Origin: Sulfurovum sp. | GTDB taxonomy: Bacteria; Campylobacterota; Campylobacteria; Campylobacterales; Sulfurovaceae | Reading direction: 5' to 3' | Assembly (NCBI GenBank): GCA_027081395.1 | Contig: JALWKQ010000081.1 | Coordinates: 1-51,728 of the forward strand | Length of the DNA: 51,728 nt | Shown here: positions 19,447-28,035 of the stretch, piece after piece | Numbering within the stretch: position 1 is the first letter of the stretch | Layout of the letters: each line of letters starts with the position of its first letter | Notes under the pieces: model-generated | What the model saw: the letters and a program-made list of their open reading frames with translations, nothing else | The model's database searches: none | What the model was told of the DNA's origin: nothing | Translations under genes and position numbers: made by a program

Positions 19447-19554
19447 CTTCTTTCTTTCCCTGTGAGAGTACGGGTTTATACGATGATAAAAAACCCTTAT
19501 GTATTATTATACATATTTTTGGGAGGAAAATGCTTAGGAAAGAGGAGTGGTTAA

Positions 19555-19595
19555 AGAAGCTATCAGGATAGCTTCTGCCCAAGAGCAGGGCAGAA
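19555..19595 (-). terminator. overlapping hairpins downstream of rnj
   Basis: AGAAGCTATC-AG-GATAGCTTCT (19555-19576) and TTCTGCCC-N7-GGGCAGAA (19573-19595). Confidence 0.5.
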
Positions 19596-19602
19596 ATATC
19601 TT

Positions 19603-21708
19603 CTATACGAGGAAGACAGTCGGGATGATCAGCGGGTATCTCTTTTTGGTGCGAACGACATGTTTGCGTACGGTTGCTCTGATCTCGTTTTCAAAGAAAG
19701 TATGATCCGGTGTGACATCTTTTTTCATGTTCATCAGCATCGTTTCAAGCAGATGTTTGATCTCTTTGGCAAATTTTTTGTCCTCTTTGTCGGGGATGAG
19801 CCCGTAGCTGGTAACTACCGGGTCGCCGATGAGTTTGTGCTCTTTCTCGGCGATCTTTGCAACGATATTGATGATGCCGTCCTCGGCAAGCTTCTGTCTG
19901 TCGAGTACCACATCATCTTCGATGGTCATATTGTTCTGGTTGTCGATATAGGTCTTGCCCGATTTGACGGTCTTGACCTTTTTGAGATACTTTGGTGTGA
20001 TCTCGACCTGGTCTCCGTCACTCATCAGCAGGATATTGCGCTCATCTACCCCACACGCTACGGCTGTTTTTGCATGGGCAGCGATATGGTTGTACTCCCC
20101 GTGTACCGGCAGGAAAAATTTGGGCTGGATCAGTCTGAGGATCAGCTTTTGCTCCTCCTGTGCCGCGTGTCCTGAGACGTGGATATCGGAGAACTCTTTG
20201 TAGCGTACGGTGACGCCGGCTTTGATCAGCAGGTTCATCAGTTTGGAGACCGATGCTTCATTGCCCGGGATCGCAGAGGCGGAGATGATGACTGTGTCAC
20301 TTGGCTTGAGTTTGACATGTCTATGCTCATCGGTCGCCATACGGTTAAGTGCCGCCATCGTCTCACCCTGAGATCCGGTAGTGACGATGAGGATCTCTTC
20401 ATCCGGGTACTTGTTGATCTCATGCGTTTCTATGAAATGCTTGTCTGGAATGTCAACAAAACCGAGTGCTCTGTTGGTCTCGACGTTTCTCTCCATCGAT
20501 CGTCCGATGATACAGATTTTTCTGCCATGCTTGACACCGCGCTCCATGGCTTGGAAGATACGGTGTACATTGGAAGAGAATGTAGACATGATCACACGCC
20601 CTTTTGCCATATCGAAGAGCTGATCGAAGGTCTTGCCTACAACCTTTTCACTCTTGGTAAAGCCCGGGTTGTGTGAGTTTGTAGAGTCGGAGAAGAGACA
20701 GAGTACGCCTCTCTCACCATAGTGGGCGATACGCTGCAGATCCATAGTGTAGCCGTCTACCGGTGTATGGTCGACTTTGAAGTCAGCCGTATGGTAGAGG
20801 ATACCCGCAGGTGTTTCGATCGCAAGCGAGCAGGCATCGATAATGGAGTGGGTGTTGTGGATCCACTCGATTTTCATATCACCGATCTCATACTGTCTGC
20901 GCTTGATAACGAAGTTGAAGTATTTTGTATCGGCACTGAGTCCATGCTCTTTGAATTTGTTTTCGATCATTGCCAGTGCAAGTGGTGTGCCGTAGATCGG
21001 GAACTTCAACTCTTTGAAGAGATAGGGCATCGCACCGATATGGTCTTCATGTCCATGGGTGATCACGATCCCTTTGATTTTATCTTTGATCGTATGGAGG
21101 TAGGAGAAGTCAGGTACCAGGATATCCACCCCGTGCATCGTCTCATCGGGGAAACTCATACCCACATCGATGACGATGGCAGAGGTTTCAGTCTCGAGTA
21201 CCGCCATGTTGCCGCCGATCTCACCCAGACCGCCAAGCGGTGTAAATCTCACTTTGCCTTTGCTGGCAATATCGATCTTCTTCCACGGTGCCATTCTGGC
21301 ATCCTGTACACGTTTGTTCTCAGCGATCGCCGCTTTCATCTCATCATTGACCGTTGTGACGTTCTTGCGTTTGTTTCGGTTGCGGTTGTTATTATTGTTG
21401 TTGCCGCCGGGCTTGTTGCCCTGATTGGGTTTTCTGTTATTATTATTGTTGCGGTTGTTGGGTTTTCTGTTTCCGCCTTGCTGGTTCTGTCTGTTTTCGC
21501 CCTGTCTGTTCTCTTCCCTGTTCCCCTCTCTGTTCGGGTTGTTCCTGTTTGGATTGGGTTTGCGGTTTGGGTTTGGTTTTCTGTTTTGCCCCTGTTCTGT
21601 TCTGTTGGGATTGTTGTTGGCTCTATGGGGGTTAGGGCGTCTCTCTCTTTGTGCTGTTCTTTGCTCTTGATTTTGAGAGCTTGCGTTGTTTTGATTGTTG
21701 TTTTCCAT
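19603..21708 (-). CDS. rnj: ribonuclease J with N-terminal low-complexity extension
   Basis: PLGGLGEIGGN, THGHEDHIG, DSTN, FSSNVHR, TTGSQGE, HVSGH, PVHGE. Confidence 0.96.
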   Translation of the reverse strand: MENNNQNNASSQNQEQRTAQRERRPNPHRANNNPNRTEQGQNRKPNPNRKPNPNRNNPNREGNREENRQGENRQNQQGGNRKPNNRNNNNNRKPNQGNKPGGNNNNNNRNRNKRKNVTTVNDEMKAAIAENKRVQDARMAPWKKIDIASKGKVRFTPLGGLGEIGGNMAVLETETSAIVIDVGMSFPDETMHGVDILVPDFSYLHTIKDKIKGIVITHGHEDHIGAMPYLFKELKFPIYGTPLALAMIENKFKEHGLSADTKYFNFVIKRRQYEIGDMKIEWIHNTHSIIDACSLAIETPAGILYHTADFKVDHTPVDGYTMDLQRIAHYGERGVLCLFSDSTNSHNPGFTKSEKVVGKTFDQLFDMAKGRVIMSTFSSNVHRIFQAMERGVKHGRKICIIGRSMERNVETNRALGFVDIPDKHFIETHEINKYPDEEILIVTTGSQGETMAALNRMATDEHRHVKLKPSDTVIISASAIPGNEASVSKLMNLLIKAGVTVRYKEFSDIHVSGHAAQEEQKLILRLIQPKFFLPVHGEYNHIAAHAKTAVACGVDERNILLMSDGDQVEITPKYLKKVKTVKSGKTYIDNQNNMTIEDDVVLDRQKLAEDGIINIVAKIAEKEHKLIGDPVVTSYGLIPDKEDKKFAKEIKHLLETMLMNMKKDVTPDHTFFENEIRATVRKHVVRTKKRYPLIIPTVFLV

Positions 21709-22501
21709 CTAAATTATCCTTTAATTCATGATATAAGTGATGATAAATAGATGTCTCAGCTTCATGGGGTCTGATATTGGGATCGAGTCCCAGATCTGCA
21801 AAAGCGGATGCTACCAACGTTTTGGGAAAGGCAGCGGTGAGGTTCTTTGAGAGTTTCTTTCTCGGCTGTGCAAAGGCAACCTTCAGGAAGTTCTCAAACA
21901 TCTCATCACCGAATGTCTGCTCTTTCTCTATCAAAAGCACGGCAGAAGTGACATTTGGAGGCGGGACAAAGGCTTCGGGTTCTACTTCGAAACAAAGTCG
22001 CGCTTTTCCTACGCTCTGCGCAAGGACAGAGAGTGCCGAGAAGCTTTTTTGACCCGGTTGGGCAGCAAACTTCTCGGCAACCTCTTTTTGCACCATGACC
22101 AGAACACTCCGGCATGCTGCATCCTTGAATGCTTTTAAGATAATGTTGGTGGCAATATAATAGGGCAGGTTGGCTACAAGATGATAAGGCTCATCCAGCA
22201 GGCTTCCCGACTCCCAACGCTCAAGCACATCCCCGCAGCGCAGTTCAAAACGCCCCTGTGAGATGGGTGTTTCAAATTCCGAAGTGAGATGCTCGCATAA
22301 TCTTTTATCAACCTCAAATGCTGTGACATTACGAACTTTTACAAGTTCTTTGGTTAAATCACCTAAGCCAGGCCCGATCTCTGCGACCTTCAGGTCGTCA
22401 TGGGGCATCGATTGGATGATTTTGTGGAGGTAGATCTCATTTTTGAGAAAATTCTGACCAAATTTCTTGGAAGCAAATTCGGCTAAATCCTCAATGATCA
22501 T
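21632..22501 (-). CDS. rsmA: 16S rRNA m6,2A dimethyltransferase RsmA/KsgA
   Basis: KKFGQNFL, EIGPGLGDLT, VANLPYYI, MVQKEVA, FVPPPNVTSAV, FAQPRKKL; overlaps rnj start by 77 nt. Confidence 0.95.
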   Translation of the reverse strand: MIIEDLAEFASKKFGQNFLKNEIYLHKIIQSMPHDDLKVAEIGPGLGDLTKELVKVRNVTAFEVDKRLCEHLTSEFETPISQGRFELRCGDVLERWESGSLLDEPYHLVANLPYYIATNIILKAFKDAACRSVLVMVQKEVAEKFAAQPGQKSFSALSVLAQSVGKARLCFEVEPEAFVPPPNVTSAVLLIEKEQTFGDEMFENFLKVAFAQPRKKLSKNLTAAFPKTLVASAFADLGLDPNIRPHEAETSIYHHLYHELKDNLDGKQQSKQRKLSKSRAKNSTKRETP

Positions 22502-22603
22502 ACTATAATCTACCTTTATAAGTATCCACTAACCCTCAGCAAGGGATAATTTCTGTATAATCTTACCATAAAAAAGCACAAATCAGAAATAAAACGGAAA
22601 ACT

Positions 22604-23368
22604 ATGGACTATTTTGCAAAAAGAATCATCCCTTGCCTCGATGTCAACGATGGGCGTGTCGTCAAAGGGGTGAACTTTGTCGGGCTCCGTGATGCGGGTG
22701 ATCCTGTCGAAGTGGCGAAGCGTTACAATGAAGAGGGAGCCGATGAGATCACTTTCCTCGATATCGGCGCGAGCCATGAAGGGCGGGATACCATCGTCGA
22801 CGTGGTCAAAAAAGTAGCACAGGAAGTCTTCATCCCTCTGACTGTCGGCGGGGGGATCCGTGAACTGAACGATATCTACAAGCTTCTCAATGTCGGATGT
22901 GACAAAGTGAGCATCAACTCCGCAGCGATCAAGAGACCGGCATTTATTGAAGAGGGTGCCAAGCGTTTCGGATCGCAGTGTATTGTCGTCGCGATCGATG
23001 CCAAGCGTACAACTGAAGGCACGTGGCATATCTTTACTCACGGCGGGCGCAACGATACGGGCATTGACGCAATCGCATGGGCGAAAGAGGCGTATGAGAG
23101 AGGTGCGGGAGAGCTGTTGGTCACTTCGATGGATGCCGACGGCACCAAAGCAGGATTTGACAACGAGCTCAACCGCAAGATCAGCGAAACGGTCAATATC
23201 CCTGTCATCGCCAGCGGCGGTGCGGGTACGATGCAGCATATCGAAGAGGCGTTTACCAAGGGTTCTGCAGATGCGGCACTTGCGGCATCGATCTTTCACT
23301 TCAAGGAGATCGACATCATGGAGCTCAAACACTATCTCAAGCAGAGAGATATCCCGGTGAGACTCTAA
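22604..23368 (+). CDS. hisF: imidazole glycerol phosphate synthase subunit HisF
   Basis: [59 protein letters not shown]. Confidence 0.97.
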   Translation: MDYFAKRIIPCLDVNDGRVVKGVNFVGLRDAGDPVEVAKRYNEEGADEITFLDIGASHEGRDTIVDVVKKVAQEVFIPLTVGGGIRELNDIYKLLNVGCDKVSINSAAIKRPAFIEEGAKRFGSQCIVVAIDAKRTTEGTWHIFTHGGRNDTGIDAIAWAKEAYERGAGELLVTSMDADGTKAGFDNELNRKISETVNIPVIASGGAGTMQHIEEAFTKGSADAALAASIFHFKEIDIMELKHYLKQRDIPVRL

Positions 23369-23941
23369 ATGTTTATCTGTGCCGGCAAGAGCGAACAGTT
23401 TGACTTTGCCCTGCCTGTAGGGATAGGGCTGGTGGATGTCGCGACCCGTCTGACGCAGCGCTGTATAGCGCAAAAGCCCGATTTTCTATGTTTTGTAGGC
23501 ACGGCAGGCAGTTACGGGGAGAAAGCGATTTTTGATATCATAGAATCCTGCCATGCTACACAGATCGAACAGAGTTTGATCCATGCCGATGCCTACACGC
23601 CACTTGAAGAGATCGTCAAAGGGATCTCTTCTCTGGGTGATGAGAGTGAAATTGATGCAGTACTTTGTAAAAACCGGAATGTTTCACGTGAAACAGTGGT
23701 GAACTCCTCGAACTATATCACCACCTATGAAGCAGCAGGTGTGTGGTATAGAGACAGAGGTATCCATCTGGAAAATATGGAGTTCTATGCCGTAGTGAAA
23801 GTAGCGCAAATGTTTGATATACCCGCGATGGGTATTTTTGCCGTGACCAATTACTGTAACGAAGATGCGCACAGAGATTTTATAAAAAATCATCAAGAGG
23901 CGATGGAGAGGCTGACGGAGTATACGAAACGGTATCTGTAA
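23369..23941 (+). CDS. nucleoside phosphorylase-like protein (PNP/UDP fold)
   Basis: FVGTAGSY, VNSSNYIT, ENMEFYAV, FAVTNYC. Confidence 0.8.
   Translation: MFICAGKSEQFDFALPVGIGLVDVATRLTQRCIAQKPDFLCFVGTAGSYGEKAIFDIIESCHATQIEQSLIHADAYTPLEEIVKGISSLGDESEIDAVLCKNRNVSRETVVNSSNYITTYEAAGVWYRDRGIHLENMEFYAVVKVAQMFDIPAMGIFAVTNYCNEDAHRDFIKNHQEAMERLTEYTKRYL
23680..23695. promoter_or_regulatory. parS: parS site
   Basis: Perfect TGTTTCACGTGAAACA, inside a CDS (reads NVSRET). Confidence 0.9.
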
Positions 23942-23948
23942 AATCTAA

Positions 23949-24015
23949 AGGGCAACCACAAGGGTTTGCCCCTACAGTTAAGATAGCCCGTAGGGGCACC
24001 TCTCGTGGGTGCCCT
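23949..24015. repeat. GTAG-type REP doublet (inverted)
   Basis: AGGGCAACCACAAGGGTTTGCCCCTAC (23949-23975) and GTAGGGGCACCTCTCGTGGGTGCCCT (23990-24015). Confidence 0.8.
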
Positions 24016-24046
24016 TTTTAAAATAACAAAGATAAAGAAGTAAAAG

Positions 24047-25123
24047 ATGACAAAACAAATAATCCAAGACTTGACAAAAGAAGCGCTTGTAGAAGAGATC
24101 AAACCGGCATTCAGAGCCAAGCAGATCTACCAGTGGATCTACCACAAATATGTCACATCATTTGAGGAGATGAAAAATCTTCCCAAAGAGATGCGCTTAG
24201 CGCTTGAGACAAAGTACACCCTCTCTCCGCTCAAAACGGTGATGGTACAAAACTCCAAAGATGGCAGCCGGAAATATCTCTTTGAGCTGCATGACGGACA
24301 TACGGTCGAGGCGGTACTGCTTAAGATGCGTGACAAGGAGTACCATGAAGATGGCTCTGTAAAGCATCAGGAGCGCTATACAGTCTGTATCTCCTCTCAG
24401 GTAGGGTGCAAGGTAGGGTGTGCCTTTTGTTTGACTGCAAAGGGCGGTTTCATGCGAAATCTGACAGCAGGAGAAATCGTCGAGCAGGTACGTCTGATCA
24501 AAAAGGACAATAGCATCGATGCCAATCGTCGTGTCAACTTGGTCTTTATGGGGATGGGAGAGCCGCTTGACAACCTGGCTGAGGTAGCCAAATCGGTCAA
24601 GATCTTCGCCGACCCTGAAGGGATGGCGATCGCACCGCACCGCCAGACCATCTCTACCTCCGGACTCAGCAGCAAGATAGAGAAACTGGGGAAAATGGAG
24701 CTGGGGGTCAATCTTGCCATCTCGTTGCATGCAGTTGATGATGAGCTGAGACAAAAGCTGATGCCGATCAACAAAGCCTACAATATCGAGTCTATCATCA
24801 CTGCGGTCAAGAACTTTCCTGTCAACGATAGAAAGAGGGTAATGTTCGAGTATCTTGTCATCAAAGATGTCAATGACGATATCTCAGCAGCAAAGAAGCT
24901 GCTCTCTCTGCTTGACGGCATCAAAGCCAAAGTCAACCTGATCTACTTCAACCCCTATGGCGGCACGGAGTTCAAGCGCCCTTCGGATGAAGATATGAAA
25001 AAGTTTCAGGAGTATTTGACAAAACGTGGACTACACTGTACGATACGTGAATCAAAAGGTTTGGATATCTCTGCGGCATGCGGACAGTTAAGAGAACAGG
25101 AATTGGAGAAAAGTCATGGGTAG
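24047..25123 (+). CDS. rlmN: dual-specificity RNA methyltransferase RlmN (radical SAM)
   Basis: [48 protein letters not shown]. Confidence 0.96.
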   Translation: MTKQIIQDLTKEALVEEIKPAFRAKQIYQWIYHKYVTSFEEMKNLPKEMRLALETKYTLSPLKTVMVQNSKDGSRKYLFELHDGHTVEAVLLKMRDKEYHEDGSVKHQERYTVCISSQVGCKVGCAFCLTAKGGFMRNLTAGEIVEQVRLIKKDNSIDANRRVNLVFMGMGEPLDNLAEVAKSVKIFADPEGMAIAPHRQTISTSGLSSKIEKLGKMELGVNLAISLHAVDDELRQKLMPINKAYNIESIITAVKNFPVNDRKRVMFEYLVIKDVNDDISAAKKLLSLLDGIKAKVNLIYFNPYGGTEFKRPSDEDMKKFQEYLTKRGLHCTIRESKGLDISAACGQLREQELEKSHG

Positions 25124-25205
25124 TGTAGATCTGGTATTATTGGGAATTATTGTTGTGGTTGCTATTGTCGGTGTGGGCTGGTTTATCTACGAGGCGAGAA
25201 AGTAG
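25116..25205 (+). CDS. 29-aa single-TM small protein (not in ORF track)
   Basis: GGAG SD at 25105-25108; [29 protein letters not shown]; overlaps the rlmN stop. Confidence 0.7.
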   Translation: MGSVDLVLLGIIVVVAIVGVGWFIYEARK

Positions 25206-25208
25206 CCG

Positions 25209-26141
25209 CTAACCGCTCTTGTTGAATACCCTTTCCTCTGGTAGGGCGATGCGGCATCGCTCTGCCTCAAAATCGACTTTGCTTTCGATATAAAACTGTG
25301 CTCCGTAGCGAAAGCGCAGACTCTGTGCATGCAGCATCAGTCTGGATGCTCCCATCTCCCTCATCCTCTCGTCGCTGCTTAGTGTCTGGTCGAGATAGCG
25401 GTTGGCAGCTTCAAAGGTAGTACCGTAGATAGGGTCGCCCAGGATGGGATGTTTCACGTGAAACAAATGGATCCTGATCTGATGGGTACGTCCTGTGTGA
25501 GGATAGCACGCCACAAGGGTCGCATTCAACGTCTCATCATATTTCAGCGGTGTAAAGTCTGTATGCGCGCTTTTGCCCTCTACGGAGATGAAGACCTTGT
25601 GTTTGGTCTCAGAGTAGTCCTGATTGACCTTGATCGGTTCGCTGACACTGAAGGGCGAGATGATCCTGCCGTCTACCCAGGCGAGATAGGACTTTTGGAT
25701 CTCTCTGTGCTCAAAAGCACCTTTGAGATAACGCTCGGCATCCTTGTGGCTGCTCGCCAGAAGCAGTCCTGAAGTCTCCATGTCGATACGGTGCGTAGCA
25801 TTAGCCTTCTCTCCGGCATAGGTACGTATCTCATCGAGGATAGAGTATTCGGTCGCCATGGTATTGGGGTGTACCAGTGCCCCAGAAGGCTTCTCAAAGA
25901 TCATAAAATCGCATGTTTTAAAAAGCGGCGGATTGTTTCTGCCCAGCGGCTTGAAGTGGACGATCTCTACTTCCCCCTCGATCCTTCTACCTGTCGCAGT
26001 CATCGATTCCCCATCGATGAGAAGACGCCCCTTGCAGATAAGACGCTGTGCCTCTGCCTGAGTGAAACCGAAGGTACGCATGATGAAGACAAATGCGGGC
26101 ATAGGTTCAGGTACTTGAAACTTCTCTTTGACGAATGGCAC
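25209..26141 (-). CDS. RluA-family pseudouridine synthase
   Basis: EKPSGALVHP, HRIDMETSGLL, TGRTHQIRIHL, HPILGDPIYG, LMLHA. Confidence 0.93.
   Translation of the reverse strand: MPFVKEKFQVPEPMPAFVFIMRTFGFTQAEAQRLICKGRLLIDGESMTATGRRIEGEVEIVHFKPLGRNNPPLFKTCDFMIFEKPSGALVHPNTMATEYSILDEIRTYAGEKANATHRIDMETSGLLLASSHKDAERYLKGAFEHREIQKSYLAWVDGRIISPFSVSEPIKVNQDYSETKHKVFISVEGKSAHTDFTPLKYDETLNATLVACYPHTGRTHQIRIHLFHVKHPILGDPIYGTTFEAANRYLDQTLSSDERMREMGASRLMLHAQSLRFRYGAQFYIESKVDFEAERCRIALPEERVFNKSG
25450..25465. promoter_or_regulatory. parS: parS site
   Basis: Perfect TGTTTCACGTGAAACA, inside a CDS (reads LFHVKH on the minus strand). Confidence 0.9.
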
Positions 26142-26204
26142 GCTTACCTCTTTGTAACTGCTATTTTGGTAGAATAATACCTAAATTTTCATGGAAGTCC
26201 GATA

Positions 26205-26220
26205 TGTTTCACGTGAAACC
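26205..26220. promoter_or_regulatory. parS: parS site (intergenic, 15/16)
   Basis: TGTTTCACGTGAAACC upstream of purB. Confidence 0.8.
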
Positions 26221-26314
26221 TGTAGGGGGATATTGATCCCGTTTATATAGGGTTCAACGCAGAAGCAGTGCAGAAGAGATCATGAAGAGAGAAACTTAGT
26301 AGAAAAGGGAAGAA

Positions 26315-27643
26315 ATGGTAGAACGTTATTCACGTAAAGAGATGGCAGACAACTGGACTATGCAGGCGAAGTATCAGGCATGGCTTGATGTAGAACTTGC
26401 AGTTGTCAAAGCATGGAACAAGCTGGGACTCATTCCCGATGAGGATGCCAAAAAGATCGTAGAGAATGCGGGCTTCTCAGTAGAGCGTATCGATGAGATC
26501 GAAGCGGTCACACGTCACGACCTGATCGCCTTTACCACATCGGTCTCTGAGACACTGGGTGAGGAGAGCCGCTGGTTCCACTACGGGATGACCAGTTCCG
26601 ATACGGTCGATACTGCTGTCGCACTGCAGATGGTACGCTCCCTCAAGATCATCATCGAAGATGTCAAAATGATGATGGAATCGATCAAAAAGAGAGCCTT
26701 TGAGCACAAAAAGACACTGATGGTCGGACGCAGCCACGGCATCCACGGTGAGCCTATCACCTTTGGTCTGGTACTGGCAGTTTGGTATGACGAGATGGCA
26801 AGACACCTCAAGAATCTCGAAGAGACAATGGAGGTGATCAGGGTAGGGCAGATCAGCGGCGCGATGGGTAACTTCGCACATGCCCCACTTGAGCTTGAAG
26901 AGTATGCGATGGAGGAGCTTGGACTCAAGCCCGCACCCGTCTCCAACCAGGTCATCCAGCGTGACCGCTATGCGCGTCTTGCTTCCGCACTGGCACTGCT
27001 GGCATCTTCGGTAGAGAAGTTCGCCGTACAGGTACGACACTGGCAGCGTACAGAGGTTTATGAGGTAGAGGAGTACTTTGCCAAAGGACAGAAGGGCTCT
27101 TCTGCCATGCCGCACAAGCGTAACCCGATCCTCACAGAGAACATCACAGGACTCGCGCGCATCATCAGAGCCTACGCAACCCCTGCGATGGAAAATGTCG
27201 CCCTCTGGCATGAGCGTGACATCTCCCACTCCTCTACCGAGAGATTCTGGCTGCCAGATGCCTTTGTCACGACAGACTTCATGCTCCACCGTATGAACGG
27301 CGTCATCGCCAACATGACCGTCATGCCTGAAAACATGATGAAAAACCTCAACCTCACCGGTGGACTTGTCTTCTCCCAGCGTGTCCTGCTCGAACTGCCA
27401 AAAGCAGGTGTCAGCCGTGAAGATGCCTATAAGATCGTACAGCGTAATGCCATGAAAGTATGGGAAGAGATCCAGCAGGGCAAACCGACTACCAACGAAA
27501 AAGGCGAATCACTCTACCTGCAGTATCTGCTTGAAGACAAAGAGCTCAGAGAGAAGCTGAGTGAGGAGCAGATTAGGGAGTGTTTCAACTACGAGTACTA
27601 CACCAAAAACGTAGACAAAATCTTCGATCGCGTCTTCAAATAG
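26315..27643 (+). CDS. purB: adenylosuccinate lyase
   Basis: HYGMTSSD, GRSHGIH, QKGSSAMPHKRNP, WHERDISHSSTER. Confidence 0.97.
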   Translation: MVERYSRKEMADNWTMQAKYQAWLDVELAVVKAWNKLGLIPDEDAKKIVENAGFSVERIDEIEAVTRHDLIAFTTSVSETLGEESRWFHYGMTSSDTVDTAVALQMVRSLKIIIEDVKMMMESIKKRAFEHKKTLMVGRSHGIHGEPITFGLVLAVWYDEMARHLKNLEETMEVIRVGQISGAMGNFAHAPLELEEYAMEELGLKPAPVSNQVIQRDRYARLASALALLASSVEKFAVQVRHWQRTEVYEVEEYFAKGQKGSSAMPHKRNPILTENITGLARIIRAYATPAMENVALWHERDISHSSTERFWLPDAFVTTDFMLHRMNGVIANMTVMPENMMKNLNLTGGLVFSQRVLLELPKAGVSREDAYKIVQRNAMKVWEEIQQGKPTTNEKGESLYLQYLLEDKELREKLSEEQIRECFNYEYYTKNVDKIFDRVFK

Positions 27644-27742
27644 GCGGATTGCACCGCATCTTCGGAGGAGTACGCTCAGTCACTTGCTACCAGCAAGCTC
27701 CTTCGGTACAACCTCCAAATCTGCGGCACACTCCGCCTATTT
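27638..27742. repeat. ERIC/IRU-like palindromic element
   Basis: 11-bp terminal IR AAATAGGCGGA/TCCGCCTATTT overlapping the purB TAG; core GTCACTTGC-TACCA-GCAAGCTCC. Confidence 0.7.
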
Positions 27743-27770
27743 AGTTTTGGAGTATAATCAGATACTCCAC

Positions 27771-27820
27771 ATTCTCAACCCTTAACCCTTAACCCTTAGC
27801 ACTCAACACTCATCTCTCAT
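27771..27820. repeat. degenerate heptamer tandem array (AACCCTT-type)
   Basis: ATTCTC AACCCTT AACCCTT AACCCTT AGCACTC AACACTC ATCTCTC. Confidence 0.75.
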
Positions 27821-28035
27821 TTGTTGCTTTCCTGCTTCTGGTTTATTCTAAAAACAGACCCATTTTCGATGTATTGCCGGGCTGCGCGGTGCTTGCAAAA
27901 GTATCACTTCACCTTATAAAAAAAATGCCTAAAAATGATACATCAAATTAACTCCCGAGCAAGGATTATTTGAGTAAAATCGGATTAATTGAACCTGTGA
28001 AAAGACAGGTATTTTTGTATATCTAGGGAGCGTGT

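Noticed and set aside
20722-21750. Long antisense ORFs (e.g. 20722-21750, 22583-23473, 32600-33694, 45402-46250, 49404-50288)
   Set aside because: Shadow frames opposite well-supported genes; no motifs or ribosome-binding sites.
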